This document shows positions 18,742 through 31,900 of a stretch of DNA of 64,000 nt, one piece after another (positions within the stretch are counted from its first letter, which is position 1; the number at the start of each line of letters is the position of its first letter). Position numbers and translations under genes: made by a program. Origin of the DNA: Vulcanimicrobiales bacterium (GTDB lineage: Bacteria; Vulcanimicrobiota; Vulcanimicrobiia; Vulcanimicrobiales; Vulcanimicrobiaceae); the NCBI GenBank assembly GCA_038215615.1, contig JBBQQR010000006.1, positions 6,417 to 70,416 of the forward strand, in the 5' to 3' direction. The notes beneath the pieces were generated by a model. It had not been told where the DNA came from. It was given only the letters and a program-made list of their open reading frames with translations, and did not search any database.

Positions 18742-20238
18742 CTATTCGGCCGCCATCGCCGCCGCGGCTGCGGCCGCGCGTCGCGAAGGACGCATGAAGA
18801 TCACGAGCGGCGCGCAGACGAAGAAGACAATTGCTGAGAGCCTGAACAGGTAATCGTAGGCGTTCACCGCCGACTGCTGCGCGACCAGCGCCGTGAGGAC
18901 CGGTATCGAATAGCCGTGAGCGTTGGTAACGCCCGAGGCGAGCTCGCTCCAGGCAACCGCGCTCTGCCTGGCAAGCAGTGTGGTGAGTATTGCGATCCCA
19001 AAGCTGCCGCCGAGCTGACGAATCAGCGCGGAGACGCCGGTCGCGCCGGCAAGTTCTTCTTTAGGGACCGCTCCGAGCGTCACCGTTGTCAACGGCACGA
19101 ACATGAAGCCGAGCGCGAGTCCTTGCCAAACCCGCGGCCAAAAAACGTCCCAGTAGCCGGCGTCTTGCGTCAGGCCTCCCATCCACCAGGTGGAGAGGCC
19201 GAAAAGCAGCATGCCGAAAATAACCATTGCGCGCGAATCGACAAAGCGCATCAGCGCTCCGACCATTAGCATGCTTATCGCGGTCGCAATCGCGCCCGGC
19301 AGCAGCGCCATTCCCGTTTGGAAGGCCGTGAATCCCAGTATCGTTTGAAAGAAGAGCGGCAAGATTAAACTCGTCCCGAATAATCCAAAGCCCAACACGA
19401 TGCCGACGATGTTGCCGATGGTAAACGTCCGGAATCGAAAGACGCGGATATCCACCAGTGGATACCGGTCGCGCATCGTTTTATAGATGAACCACGTCAG
19501 CGCGACGATCGCGACGATCGAGAGCAGCCAGATCGCGCCCGAGTCAAACCAATCGTCGTGCTGCCCGCGCTCGAGCACGTATTGCAGCGACGCGAGCCCC
19601 GCCGTTAGTAAGCCCAGACCTATCCAATCTACACCGCCCTTCGGTTTCTCTAAGAAGTGAGGATTCGGAATGAACTTGAGCGTCATCAAAAACGCCGCGA
19701 TCCCGATGGGAATGTTAATGTAGAAGATGAGCGGCCAGGTGTAGTTGTCGATGATGTATCCGCCCAGCGTCGGACCAACCGCCGGCCCAACCATTGCGCC
19801 GAGTCCGAAGATCGCCATCGCCGCGCCGCGTTTTGACGGCGGATACGTCTCGAACAAGATCGCTTGCGCAGTCGGCTGCAGTGCGCCGCCGCCGAATCCC
19901 TGAATCACGCGGTAGAAGACCAGTTGCCAAATGCTGTGGGCGGTTCCGCAGAGCAGCGATGCGATGGTGAAAATCGCCAAGCAGCCGGCATAGAAGTTCT
20001 TGCGTCCCAGGTATGCGGTCAGCCAGCCGTTGAGCGGCATGACGACGACGCTTGCCAAGATGTAACCGGTCGCTACCCATGCAACCTCGTCGATGGACGC
20101 ACCGAGGTTTCCCGCAATGTCGTTCAGCGCCACATTCACGATCGTCGCATCGATGATCGCCATGATCAGACCAAGCATCACGGTTATCGTAATGAGCGCG
20201 ACCGGCGCGTTTGCGCGTGCGCGCAACGGGTTAGACAC
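18742..20238 (-). CDS. MFS transporter, DHA2 (EmrB/QacA, 14-TMS) family
   Basis: 498 aa. GWLTAYLGRKNFY, LVFYRVIQGFGGGAL and a 14-helix hydropathy pattern are typical of EmrB-type drug:H+ antiporters. Confidence 0.88.
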   Translation of the reverse strand: MSNPLRARANAPVALITITVMLGLIMAIIDATIVNVALNDIAGNLGASIDEVAWVATGYILASVVVMPLNGWLTAYLGRKNFYAGCLAIFTIASLLCGTAHSIWQLVFYRVIQGFGGGALQPTAQAILFETYPPSKRGAAMAIFGLGAMVGPAVGPTLGGYIIDNYTWPLIFYINIPIGIAAFLMTLKFIPNPHFLEKPKGGVDWIGLGLLTAGLASLQYVLERGQHDDWFDSGAIWLLSIVAIVALTWFIYKTMRDRYPLVDIRVFRFRTFTIGNIVGIVLGFGLFGTSLILPLFFQTILGFTAFQTGMALLPGAIATAISMLMVGALMRFVDSRAMVIFGMLLFGLSTWWMGGLTQDAGYWDVFWPRVWQGLALGFMFVPLTTVTLGAVPKEELAGATGVSALIRQLGGSFGIAILTTLLARQSAVAWSELASGVTNAHGYSIPVLTALVAQQSAVNAYDYLFRLSAIVFFVCAPLVIFMRPSRRAAAAAAAMAAE

Positions 20239-20274
20239 TAGGGCCGCGGCCGCCGAATCGCATATACTAATCGC

Positions 20275-20463
20275 ATGAAGTTGCTGCTGGAGATCTTAAT
20301 TGCGATAATCCTGCACCCGGTTGCATGGATCTTGGTGCTGATCGATCTTGCCGGCCGCGACGACCTGACGACGGCCCAAAAGTTTATCTGGGGTGTTTTT
20401 TCGATCGTCTGGGGCATCGGCCCGATTCTGTACATCCTGGTAGGCGGCGGCAAGCTCTGGTGA
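20275..20463 (+). CDS. Small two-helix membrane protein, PLD-nuclease N-terminal (PLDc_N)-like
   Basis: 62 aa. ILHPVAWILVLIDLAGRDDLTTAQKFIWGVFSIVWGIGPILYILVGG resembles PLDc_N small proteins. Confidence 0.65.
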   Translation: MKLLLEILIAIILHPVAWILVLIDLAGRDDLTTAQKFIWGVFSIVWGIGPILYILVGGGKLW

Positions 20464-20503
20464 CATAAGGGGCCAAACCGCGGCCCTTCCGAACTAATTA
20501 GGC

Positions 20504-22384
20504 GTGCCGAATTCGATAGTCAGGCGAGGCTTACTCGCCCTCGTGCTGCTGGTCGGAGCTCTCTGCGTTGGGATTGCCTCTGCGGACACGGACGAGACCA
20601 CCGCCGGCATCAATCCGGCGACGATTGGCATGCAGCCAATCCGGGGGGCGCTTCCGGCCGCCACGCCGCTTCCCGGCGAATCTCGGCTCATGCGCCGCGT
20701 GGACGGAACCTTTGCGGCTGTTCCGCAATCGAGCGGGCGCACGCGAACTTTTCACCTCGTGGAACGCGATGCGCCGTGGACGCTCCAGCCCGGACTGACG
20801 GTTCTCGCCAAGACCTATAACGGCGTCGTTCCCGGTCCGACCCTAGTCGTTCATCAAGGCGACCGGGTGGTCATCGATTACCGTAACGAACAGGGCACCC
20901 CGGATACGCTGCACCTTCATGGCATTCACGAGATTCCGGTGAGCATGGACGGCGTCGCGGGCATTTCGCAGGCGCTCGTCAGGCAAGGCGGAGCCTATCG
21001 TTACATTTTCACCGCGGATACGCCCGGCACGTTCATCTATCATTCGCATGACAACGAAGAGATGGTCAACAGCGGATTATACGGCGCGATAGTCGTGTTG
21101 CCGTCCCACCCGTCGGCAGCGGAACGATCCGATCGCGATTACGTCGAGGTGCTGTCGTCTTGGGCGATTCAAAGCCTGAGCGAAAATCATTTCACGATCA
21201 ACGGAAAAGAGTATCCGTACACGGCTCCCATTGAGGTGCGCAAAGGTCAGCGCGTACGGCTTCGCTGGATCAATATCTCGGGCGAAAGCATGCACACGAT
21301 GCATACGCACGGACATTATCAGCGTATCGTAGCGCGCGACGCGCAGCCGGTGACGTACCAGGATATCGAGGATACGGTTTTCTTGGCACCCGGTCAGCGC
21401 GTGGACGTCGTCATCCAAGCGAACCAAATGCCCGGAACGTGGCTGGTGCACTGTCACGTGATCGATCATACCGAGGACGGTTCGGGAATGCCCGACGGCC
21501 TGGTCAGCGCGCTTCATTACCAAGGGACGCCGTATACCGGCGCAGCCATGAACACGGCGATGCGTGCGATGCTTCCCGCGTTCGGCCGTTCGAAAGGCGG
21601 GCTCTCGTTCGGGATGACCGTGCTCCTGGGCGCTGTCGCCGGGCTGACGATCTTTCTTGGATTGCCGGTCGCGCGTATGCGCAACGTGTCGCCGTCGGTT
21701 ATGGCGGCACTGAACGCACTGGCGATCGGGATCCTCGTCTACTTAGTTGTCGAGATCGCCGGAAGCGCGACGGCGCCGCTCGTGCAGGCGGCGCGATTCT
21801 GGCACGGCGGCGGCGCACCGTTGGGAGTGATTTCGCTGGCTCTTGCCTACGTGGGCGGCTTGTTCGCGGGACTGGTCGGATTGGGTTTCGTGGCCAACAA
21901 ACTTAGCAGCCGCGCCGCTTCGTCTGTGCATCAGCCGCTCGTGCTGGCCGCGGTCATCGCGGTCGGAATCGGCGCGCACAATTTTGCCGAAGGGCTGGCC
22001 ATCGGCGCTTCGGCCGCAAGCGGCGCAACGGCAATTGCGGTCGGGTTGATTATCGGATTCGCCCTGCATAACGCGACCGAGGGCTTCGGTATTGCCGCTC
22101 CGCTTTCGGGGCGCATCATTCCGTCCTGGGGGCAACTCGGCCTAGCGGGCATTGTGGCGGGCGGCCCGACTTTTCTCGGTACGGTTGTCGGCTATACGTT
22201 CCAATCGCCGGTTCTCTCGGTCTTATTTTTAGCGACGGCAATCGGCGCGCTCGTCTTCGTGATCGGCGAAATTTGGGCTGTGCTGCGGCGGAACTTAGGC
22301 ATTACTCCGCTGGTGACCTCAATGCTGGCGTGCGGATTCTTGATCGCGTTGACGACGGAGCTAGTCTTGGATTTAAGCGGTTAA
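20504..22384 (+). CDS. Fusion protein: exported two-domain multicopper oxidase (N-terminal) plus ZIP-family metal permease (C-terminal)
   Basis: A single 626-aa ORF with an RR-containing signal peptide (IVRRGLLALVLLVGALCVGIASA). MCO copper ligand motifs are HLHGIH, YHSHDN, HTMHTHGH and HCHVIDHTEDGSGM. From about residue 360 there are about 8 TM helices with ZIP signatures GAHNFAEGLAIG and ALHNATEGFGIAAPL. Confidence 0.85.
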   Translation: MPNSIVRRGLLALVLLVGALCVGIASADTDETTAGINPATIGMQPIRGALPAATPLPGESRLMRRVDGTFAAVPQSSGRTRTFHLVERDAPWTLQPGLTVLAKTYNGVVPGPTLVVHQGDRVVIDYRNEQGTPDTLHLHGIHEIPVSMDGVAGISQALVRQGGAYRYIFTADTPGTFIYHSHDNEEMVNSGLYGAIVVLPSHPSAAERSDRDYVEVLSSWAIQSLSENHFTINGKEYPYTAPIEVRKGQRVRLRWINISGESMHTMHTHGHYQRIVARDAQPVTYQDIEDTVFLAPGQRVDVVIQANQMPGTWLVHCHVIDHTEDGSGMPDGLVSALHYQGTPYTGAAMNTAMRAMLPAFGRSKGGLSFGMTVLLGAVAGLTIFLGLPVARMRNVSPSVMAALNALAIGILVYLVVEIAGSATAPLVQAARFWHGGGAPLGVISLALAYVGGLFAGLVGLGFVANKLSSRAASSVHQPLVLAAVIAVGIGAHNFAEGLAIGASAASGATAIAVGLIIGFALHNATEGFGIAAPLSGRIIPSWGQLGLAGIVAGGPTFLGTVVGYTFQSPVLSVLFLATAIGALVFVIGEIWAVLRRNLGITPLVTSMLACGFLIALTTELVLDLSG

Positions 22385-22387
22385 CCG

Positions 22388-23308
22388 ATGGAAACGGCGC
22401 GCGCGCAATTCCCCGACGAACAGAGCGGAGGCGACTTTGCGCGCCAGGACGACGCGTTTCGCGAGTCCATCGTCGGCGAATCCGGGCGTTATCATCTTTA
22501 CGTTTCGTGGGCGTGTCCGTGGGCCTCGCGCGCGATCATCGCGCGCAAGCTGAAGGGCCTCGAGGATGCGATCGGCATGAGCGGCGTCGATCCGATTCGC
22601 GACGAGCGCGGCTGGGCGTTTCGGGACGGGCCGGGATACTCGCGTGACCCGATCAACGGCTTTGCATTTTTGAGGGAAGCCTATGCAGTCAGCGATCCGC
22701 AATACCGGGGACGCGTGACGGTGCCCGCGCTTTGGGACAAGCAGGCCGGACGGATCGTCAACAACTCCGACGACGACATCATGCGCGCGTTTGAAACCGA
22801 GTTCGAAGGCTTTGCGAAGCACGACATCGACCTGTATCCGGCGGAGCACCGCGCCGAGATCGAGGCGCTCAACCAGCTCATTTACGAAACCGTCAACAAC
22901 GGTGTGTACCGAGCCGGTTTTGCGACCTCACAAGGCGCCTACGAAAACGCGGCTTACGGCGTCTTCGAAACGCTCGATCGTTTGGAGGAACGCCTGGCGC
23001 ACCGCCGCTACTTGATCGCGGCGCACCCTGTGGAAACGGATTGGAAGCTGTTCGTGACGCTGATCCGCTTTGACGCCGTCTATTTCGGGCATTTCAAATG
23101 CAACGTGCGCCGCATCGTCGACTACCCGAATCTGTGGGGCTACGTACGCGACCTCTACCAAATCGACGGCATCGCCGAAATGGTCAACTTCGATCACATC
23201 AAGCGCCACTATTATATGACGCACGGAGAGATCAACCCGACGCGGATCGTTCCGGTCGGGCCAACCCTGGATCTTCTGACGCCGCACGGCCGCGAAAGAC
23301 TATCTTAG
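22388..23308 (+). CDS. yqjG: Glutathionyl-hydroquinone reductase (Xi-class GST, YqjG/ECM4-like)
   Basis: GRYHLYVSWACPWASRAIIARKL (CPWA active site), VPALWDK and NNGVYRAGFA are characteristic of the YqjG family. Confidence 0.88.
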   Translation: METARAQFPDEQSGGDFARQDDAFRESIVGESGRYHLYVSWACPWASRAIIARKLKGLEDAIGMSGVDPIRDERGWAFRDGPGYSRDPINGFAFLREAYAVSDPQYRGRVTVPALWDKQAGRIVNNSDDDIMRAFETEFEGFAKHDIDLYPAEHRAEIEALNQLIYETVNNGVYRAGFATSQGAYENAAYGVFETLDRLEERLAHRRYLIAAHPVETDWKLFVTLIRFDAVYFGHFKCNVRRIVDYPNLWGYVRDLYQIDGIAEMVNFDHIKRHYYMTHGEINPTRIVPVGPTLDLLTPHGRERLS

Positions 23309-23311
23309 GGG

Positions 23312-24007
23312 CTAGAGCGACGGAAAACTGACGTTCTGCAGGACGAGCGTGCTGGAAAACGCCCGGTCTTTCGAATTCGGCGCGGGCTGCCAACTCGCGT
23401 CGATCTCGGATATCCACCAAACCGCTTGCGGACCGTACGGCTTGAAAGAATAATCGATCGCGGTGCTCCAGCCGCCGGGGTTTTCCGCATAGGTCAGCTT
23501 GCGAACCTGGAATGTGACGCGATCGATCCAGAGCGCCCGCAGCGGATAATGTTCGGCAGCGTTGATCGGACGCAAGAGCAAGTGATAGACGCTGCTGCCG
23601 TCGAGTTGCTCTTCGCCTGCGAGCGCGACGTCGTAATGCGCGGCGCGCACCTGCGCGATCACCCGAAGCTTGGAGGGCGCGAACGGATCGGGCTGCGTGC
23701 TGCCCGGATAGACCGACGAAATGTTGAAGCCCAGCGGAGAATATGCAGGCCCTTCGCAGTTGGGACCTCGGCTCGTTTTTGGCTGCGCTAATCCTTGGTC
23801 GATCTCCACGGTGGCGCACCAATGATCGAACGTGCGCAACACGACGTGCTCGTTTCCGCGGGTGACCACGCCGGCTGCGTCGCGGTGCGTGATTGCCGTG
23901 TCAAAAGCAACGTAGGCCGGAAGTGCGCGAGCTTCCCACGCGTCTTCGGCTTGAAAGAACATTTGCAACGGTGTCAGAACCGCCGCGAAGATGGCGCCCG
24001 GTAGCAC
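23312..24007 (-). CDS. Hypothetical protein, possibly exported
   Basis: 231-aa ORF with high GC3 and a hydrophobic N-terminus. No family recognised with confidence. Confidence 0.55.
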   Translation of the reverse strand: MLPGAIFAAVLTPLQMFFQAEDAWEARALPAYVAFDTAITHRDAAGVVTRGNEHVVLRTFDHWCATVEIDQGLAQPKTSRGPNCEGPAYSPLGFNISSVYPGSTQPDPFAPSKLRVIAQVRAAHYDVALAGEEQLDGSSVYHLLLRPINAAEHYPLRALWIDRVTFQVRKLTYAENPGGWSTAIDYSFKPYGPQAVWWISEIDASWQPAPNSKDRAFSSTLVLQNVSFPSL

Positions 24008-24027
24008 GCTAACGCCCGCCGGCGGCG

Positions 24028-24462
24028 CTAAGAGGTATAGCGGCGGCTGATCTCCTGTGCGCGCTGATACGTTTGCGTCGCGCGCGAACGAAACATGGCC
24101 TCTCCCGAAGCTTCGGGCGGCATGCGCAGGACGATGTGCGTGCCTTGCGCGCTAGCCTCGACCGTAAGCGGAACGCGCGTTCCCAACAAGATCGCTCGCC
24201 GGTATTCGTTGTGATCGATGCCGATGGCGGGCGGACCCTGTGCGTACAAGTGAATCGTGGGGCCCGCCAGCTCGCTTTCCACTGAAACGGCCAGCGCCCA
24301 GTGCCCACGTTCGGTTTCAGCTGCCAGCAACTCACCGAGTACCAGCTCGAGTCCGAACAGATCGGCGTCCGGATCTGCGGCCAGCCCCCGCACCGCGTCA
24401 ATGGCGCTGCGCCGCACGCGTGCGACCGAGAACGCGTCGGCTGAGTCGATCGACCAGTTCAT
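24028..24462 (-). CDS. Hypothetical protein (weak resemblance to RsbW-type HATPase_c_2 folds, catalytic residues not evident)
   Basis: 144-aa ORF with high GC3. LELVLGELLAAETERG...LAVSVE...IHLYAQGPP loosely recalls anti-sigma kinase N/G1 boxes, but the Asn and the DxG are missing. Confidence 0.5.
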   Translation of the reverse strand: MNWSIDSADAFSVARVRRSAIDAVRGLAADPDADLFGLELVLGELLAAETERGHWALAVSVESELAGPTIHLYAQGPPAIGIDHNEYRRAILLGTRVPLTVEASAQGTHIVLRMPPEASGEAMFRSRATQTYQRAQEISRRYTS

Positions 24463-24530
24463 TCATTCTGTTGTACCACGATTCCAGGCTTGCCACGCGC
24501 TGCGAGCATGTGTTAGACTCCCCCCGTAAC

Positions 24531-24695
24531 ATGTCGAGACACCATCAATCCTTTGTGGTCGAGGAGATTTTCTTTTTTTCAGCCTTGCTGCCAATCGCTT
24601 GGCTGTTTGCGCTACTTTTCGGGCACAAAATCTTCGACCGCCTCCACCGTGGCCGCCGCTCCGGCCGCGCCCTCCTGACCCAGCCGGTAGAGTAG
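24531..24695 (+). CDS. Possible 54-aa single-pass membrane peptide
   Basis: ATG 24531 opens MSRHHQSFVVEEIFFFSALLPIAWLFALLFGHKIF... TTGCCA-N18-TAGACT lies just upstream, so the transcript would be near-leaderless. No homology; weak call. Confidence 0.25.
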   Translation: MSRHHQSFVVEEIFFFSALLPIAWLFALLFGHKIFDRLHRGRRSGRALLTQPVE

Positions 24696-24716
24696 GCCCC
24701 TTTTCTCCCGTTACCC

Positions 24717-24759
24717 TTGTAGTGATTTTGGGCGGGTGATATACTATTCGCCTGTGCCC
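24717..24759 (+). promoter_or_regulatory. Putative sigma70-type promoter of rpoB with extended -10 and a downstream CTGTGCCC box
   Basis: TTGTAG (24717-22), N17, TG-n-TATACT (24737-45), N6, CTGTGCCC (24752-59). It lies about 140 nt upstream of the rpoB ATG. Confidence 0.45.
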
Positions 24760-24893
24760 TGGCCGCTAGGCATAAAATAGAGAAAGAGCGAGTCACCACA
24801 TGCGGAGTGGTCGGCTTCGTTCTTTTTAGCGTGCTCGGGTCTGCGCAAAACGGCTTCCTTCCTTATATACACTTCCATAGAGAGAGATAACGA

Positions 24894-28817
<3,924 letters not shown>

Positions 28818-28819
28818 CC

Positions 28820-28850
28820 GAAAGGGCCCCTAGGCGGGGCCCTTTCTTTA
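28820..28850 (+). terminator. Hairpin terminator candidate directly after rpoB
   Basis: GAAAGGGCCCC-TAGGC-GGGGCCCTTTC (an 11-bp perfect stem) followed by TTTA. The U-tract is short. Confidence 0.5.
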
Positions 28851-28945
28851 AAAAGGGATTAGAGAGCCCTGTGGGAATCAGCCAGACAGGCAGGCGTTGA
28901 GCCTACCATCAGCGGCGCTATTTGCAAAATCTGAAAGGGAAGCTT

Positions 28946-31900
28946 ATGAGCTCTTTTCATGGCAAGCAAAGTGCGCGGACGATTTTACATTTGTTCGCGG
29001 CACTTTTCATCACGAGTTTGTTGCTCGTACAAACATGCGCGCCGGCGTTTGCGGGAACCACGGGGATCCTGAGCGGAACCGCAACGGATTCCGCAACGCA
29101 GGCACCATTAGCCGGTGTCCAAATCGTCGCACTCGCGCCGGTTGGACGCTACACGGCAACAACCAACAACAGTGGATTCTATTCCTTAGCGGGCCTTCCG
29201 CCCGACACATACTCCGTCTCGTTCAACCTTACGGGTTACGAGCCGGTGTCGATACCCGGGCAAAACGTCTTCGCCGATTTGACGACGACGGTCAGCACGA
29301 CGCTGGTGAAGTCGCTGCGCACGATTGCGCACGTGACGTCACGCAGTGCGGGCGGCGCGTTCCAGCCAAATCAGCCGGTGAACACGTACAGCGTCACCCA
29401 GCATCAAGTACAGACGATACTGGGTACCTCGCTAAACCTGGCGGAATCGACGCTGATCACTTCGCTGCCGGGCGGCTCGGCCGACTCGAGCGGCTATCCG
29501 GTTATCCGCGGCGGCCGCGAAAATGAAGAGAACTTCGAATTCGAAGGCATTCCGTTCACCGACGCGTTCACAAACCAATTCACGAACTCGCTGAGCGTTC
29601 CGGGCCTGGGCCTGCAGAGCGCGCAGTTGACGCCGGGGCTTGGGAACGCGTCACAGGATAACTACGGAACGGGCACGTTCAACCTGATTGCCAAGCGCGG
29701 AGCGTATCCGGGCTTTGCGACGGGACAGTTTGCCATCGGCGCACCGGCTTTCCGGCACCAGGCAAACCTGGAATGGGGTTTCGCATCGCCCAACGGGCGG
29801 ATTTCCGCCTACATGGCGCTGTCGGACAACAACCAGAACAGCGCGTTCAACACGACCTCCGCGAACTGCTTGACTATCGGAACCTGTTTCTCACGCTTGT
29901 ATCAAACAAAGCGGGAGTTTTTAGGAAACCTGGTTTACAAGTTCGGTCGCAATAACAACCAAGCGCTCCAATTCTTCACGGATATCGGCCAGTCGATCTT
30001 CTTCACGGGGAACGCCTTCGGCGGACCCAACAACAACTGGTTGTGCTACGCATCGTGCGATCCGTTCTCGATGCAGCAGGAAATGGCGACTTCGGGGTTT
30101 TCGACAGCGGCAATCCCACTGAATGGGACGACGTGTCCGACACCTTTGAACTGCGCCGGATATACGGCGCCGCCGCTTGGGTGCTCGACTCCGCCGATTC
30201 CCGCCTCGTGCGCAGCGGCACTGCTGGCATATTCTCGCGTTCAAACGCTCCAGGGCCTATTACAGCTCTATCCGGGGCAGAGCTCCTTGAATCAAACGCT
30301 GAGTTCGACCGGCGCCATGCCATCAACTAATTTCCAGCCGAACGCCGCGTTCAAACTCGGCTACATTTGGAATATCAATCCCTCGAGTGTCCTCGAAATG
30401 ATGGCCTACCATCTGGACTCCGTTACCACGTTCGACCTTGCTCTCTCAGGCGGATACGCTTCGTTTAGTACCGCTCGCAGACAGTTGCAAGGCGGCAGAA
30501 CCAGCGGCTATAAGCTCGACTTCACCAAGCAGATGGGTGATAAGAACCTGCTCAAGGCGGGTGGAGAGTACAAATACCTGATTCCTGTGTTCGATGCTCC
30601 CGCGAACGTCTATGGTTTCTTTAACTTCGCGTTCGAACACGGCGAGCAGTTCGACTTCTTGACGGGAGCTCAGTGCAGCGCCATTGGCGTCGCACCGGCT
30701 TCGTGCGGCTACATCTACGCCAACGGCGTGACCAGCCCGCAGACCCTTCCGAAGGCGTATGAAAATACGTCGGTCGAACGTCACGACTACGCAGCCTACA
30801 TCGACGACACGTGGTCGCCGAACGACAAACTCAAAGTCGAAGGCGGCATCCGCTTCGACGGAGCGAGCTTCGGCTATCCAAATGCCCAGATCGATCCCTA
30901 TACGTGCACCTCGGTCTTTTTGCCGACATACTCAACTGACTCCACCGGAGCGCTGTTGACGACGCCGAGCACGAATTCGGGTGCGCAGACCACCTATCGT
31001 AATCCGATCACCGGTGTCGTCACGACGACGGCGCTGGGCACGTGCCCGGTTGCGACATTCCCGCAGTTGACCACCCTGTCGCGCCGTCCGCTCATCCCGG
31101 AGCCGATCTTCGCGGCAACGTACCGCCTCGGCGCAAACGACTCGGTTCGCGCGTCGTGGGGACGTTCGGTCAATTTCCCGACATTGGGCCTGGTCGACAC
31201 TTCCGCCAATATCGACTACTTTGGCGGGCCGAATCGCCAGTTCTTCAAAATCCCGGGATACACGAGTGACTGCGGAGTCTTGTCCGATCAGGCCTGTGCA
31301 AACTACGCCGAGCAACTCTATTGGGATAACGCCCGTGAGTGGGCCGGCGGCGTTCCGCTCGCGCCGGTCCGCCCAACGGTCTTCGTCAACGCGGACTTTT
31401 CATGGGAACACCAATTCACGCGCGGGTTCTTGAACGGCATTTCGTTCAAGCTCACGCCGTGGTATCGCAAGGCTCAAGATGAGACCGCCCTGGTTTCAAC
31501 CCCGAAGATCGTTGGCGGCGTCCCGCTGACCAATCCGATTACGGGCGCGATCATCTTCAACCCGCCGGTGGCTAACAACCTCGGCAAGAACCAGGCGACC
31601 GGCGTCGAGGCGCAGTTCACGAAAGAGCAAACCTACGGCCTCTCGGGTCAGGTGAGCTTCACGTATCAGAACGAACTCTCGAGCGTCATCCCCGGATCGA
31701 GCAGCGAGGACTTCTATCCGTCGATTCCCGCGCAGTCCGTATTGCTCGGAAACATCTACCGCGTCGGATTCCTCTCGCCGTTCGTGGCGTCGTTCGACTT
31801 CTCGTATCAGACACATAACGGTTGGAGAATCTCACCGCAAACGCAATGGAACATCGGTTATCCGATCGGTCCTGGCTTCATCACGTCGGCGTTCGTCAAC

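Noticed and set aside
20263-20275. TATACT 6 nt upstream of the ATG of the PLDc_N-like small gene, as a leaderless-mRNA promoter.
   Set aside because: There is no acceptable -35 or TG extension at the right spacing. A single hexamer match is too weak to report as a feature.
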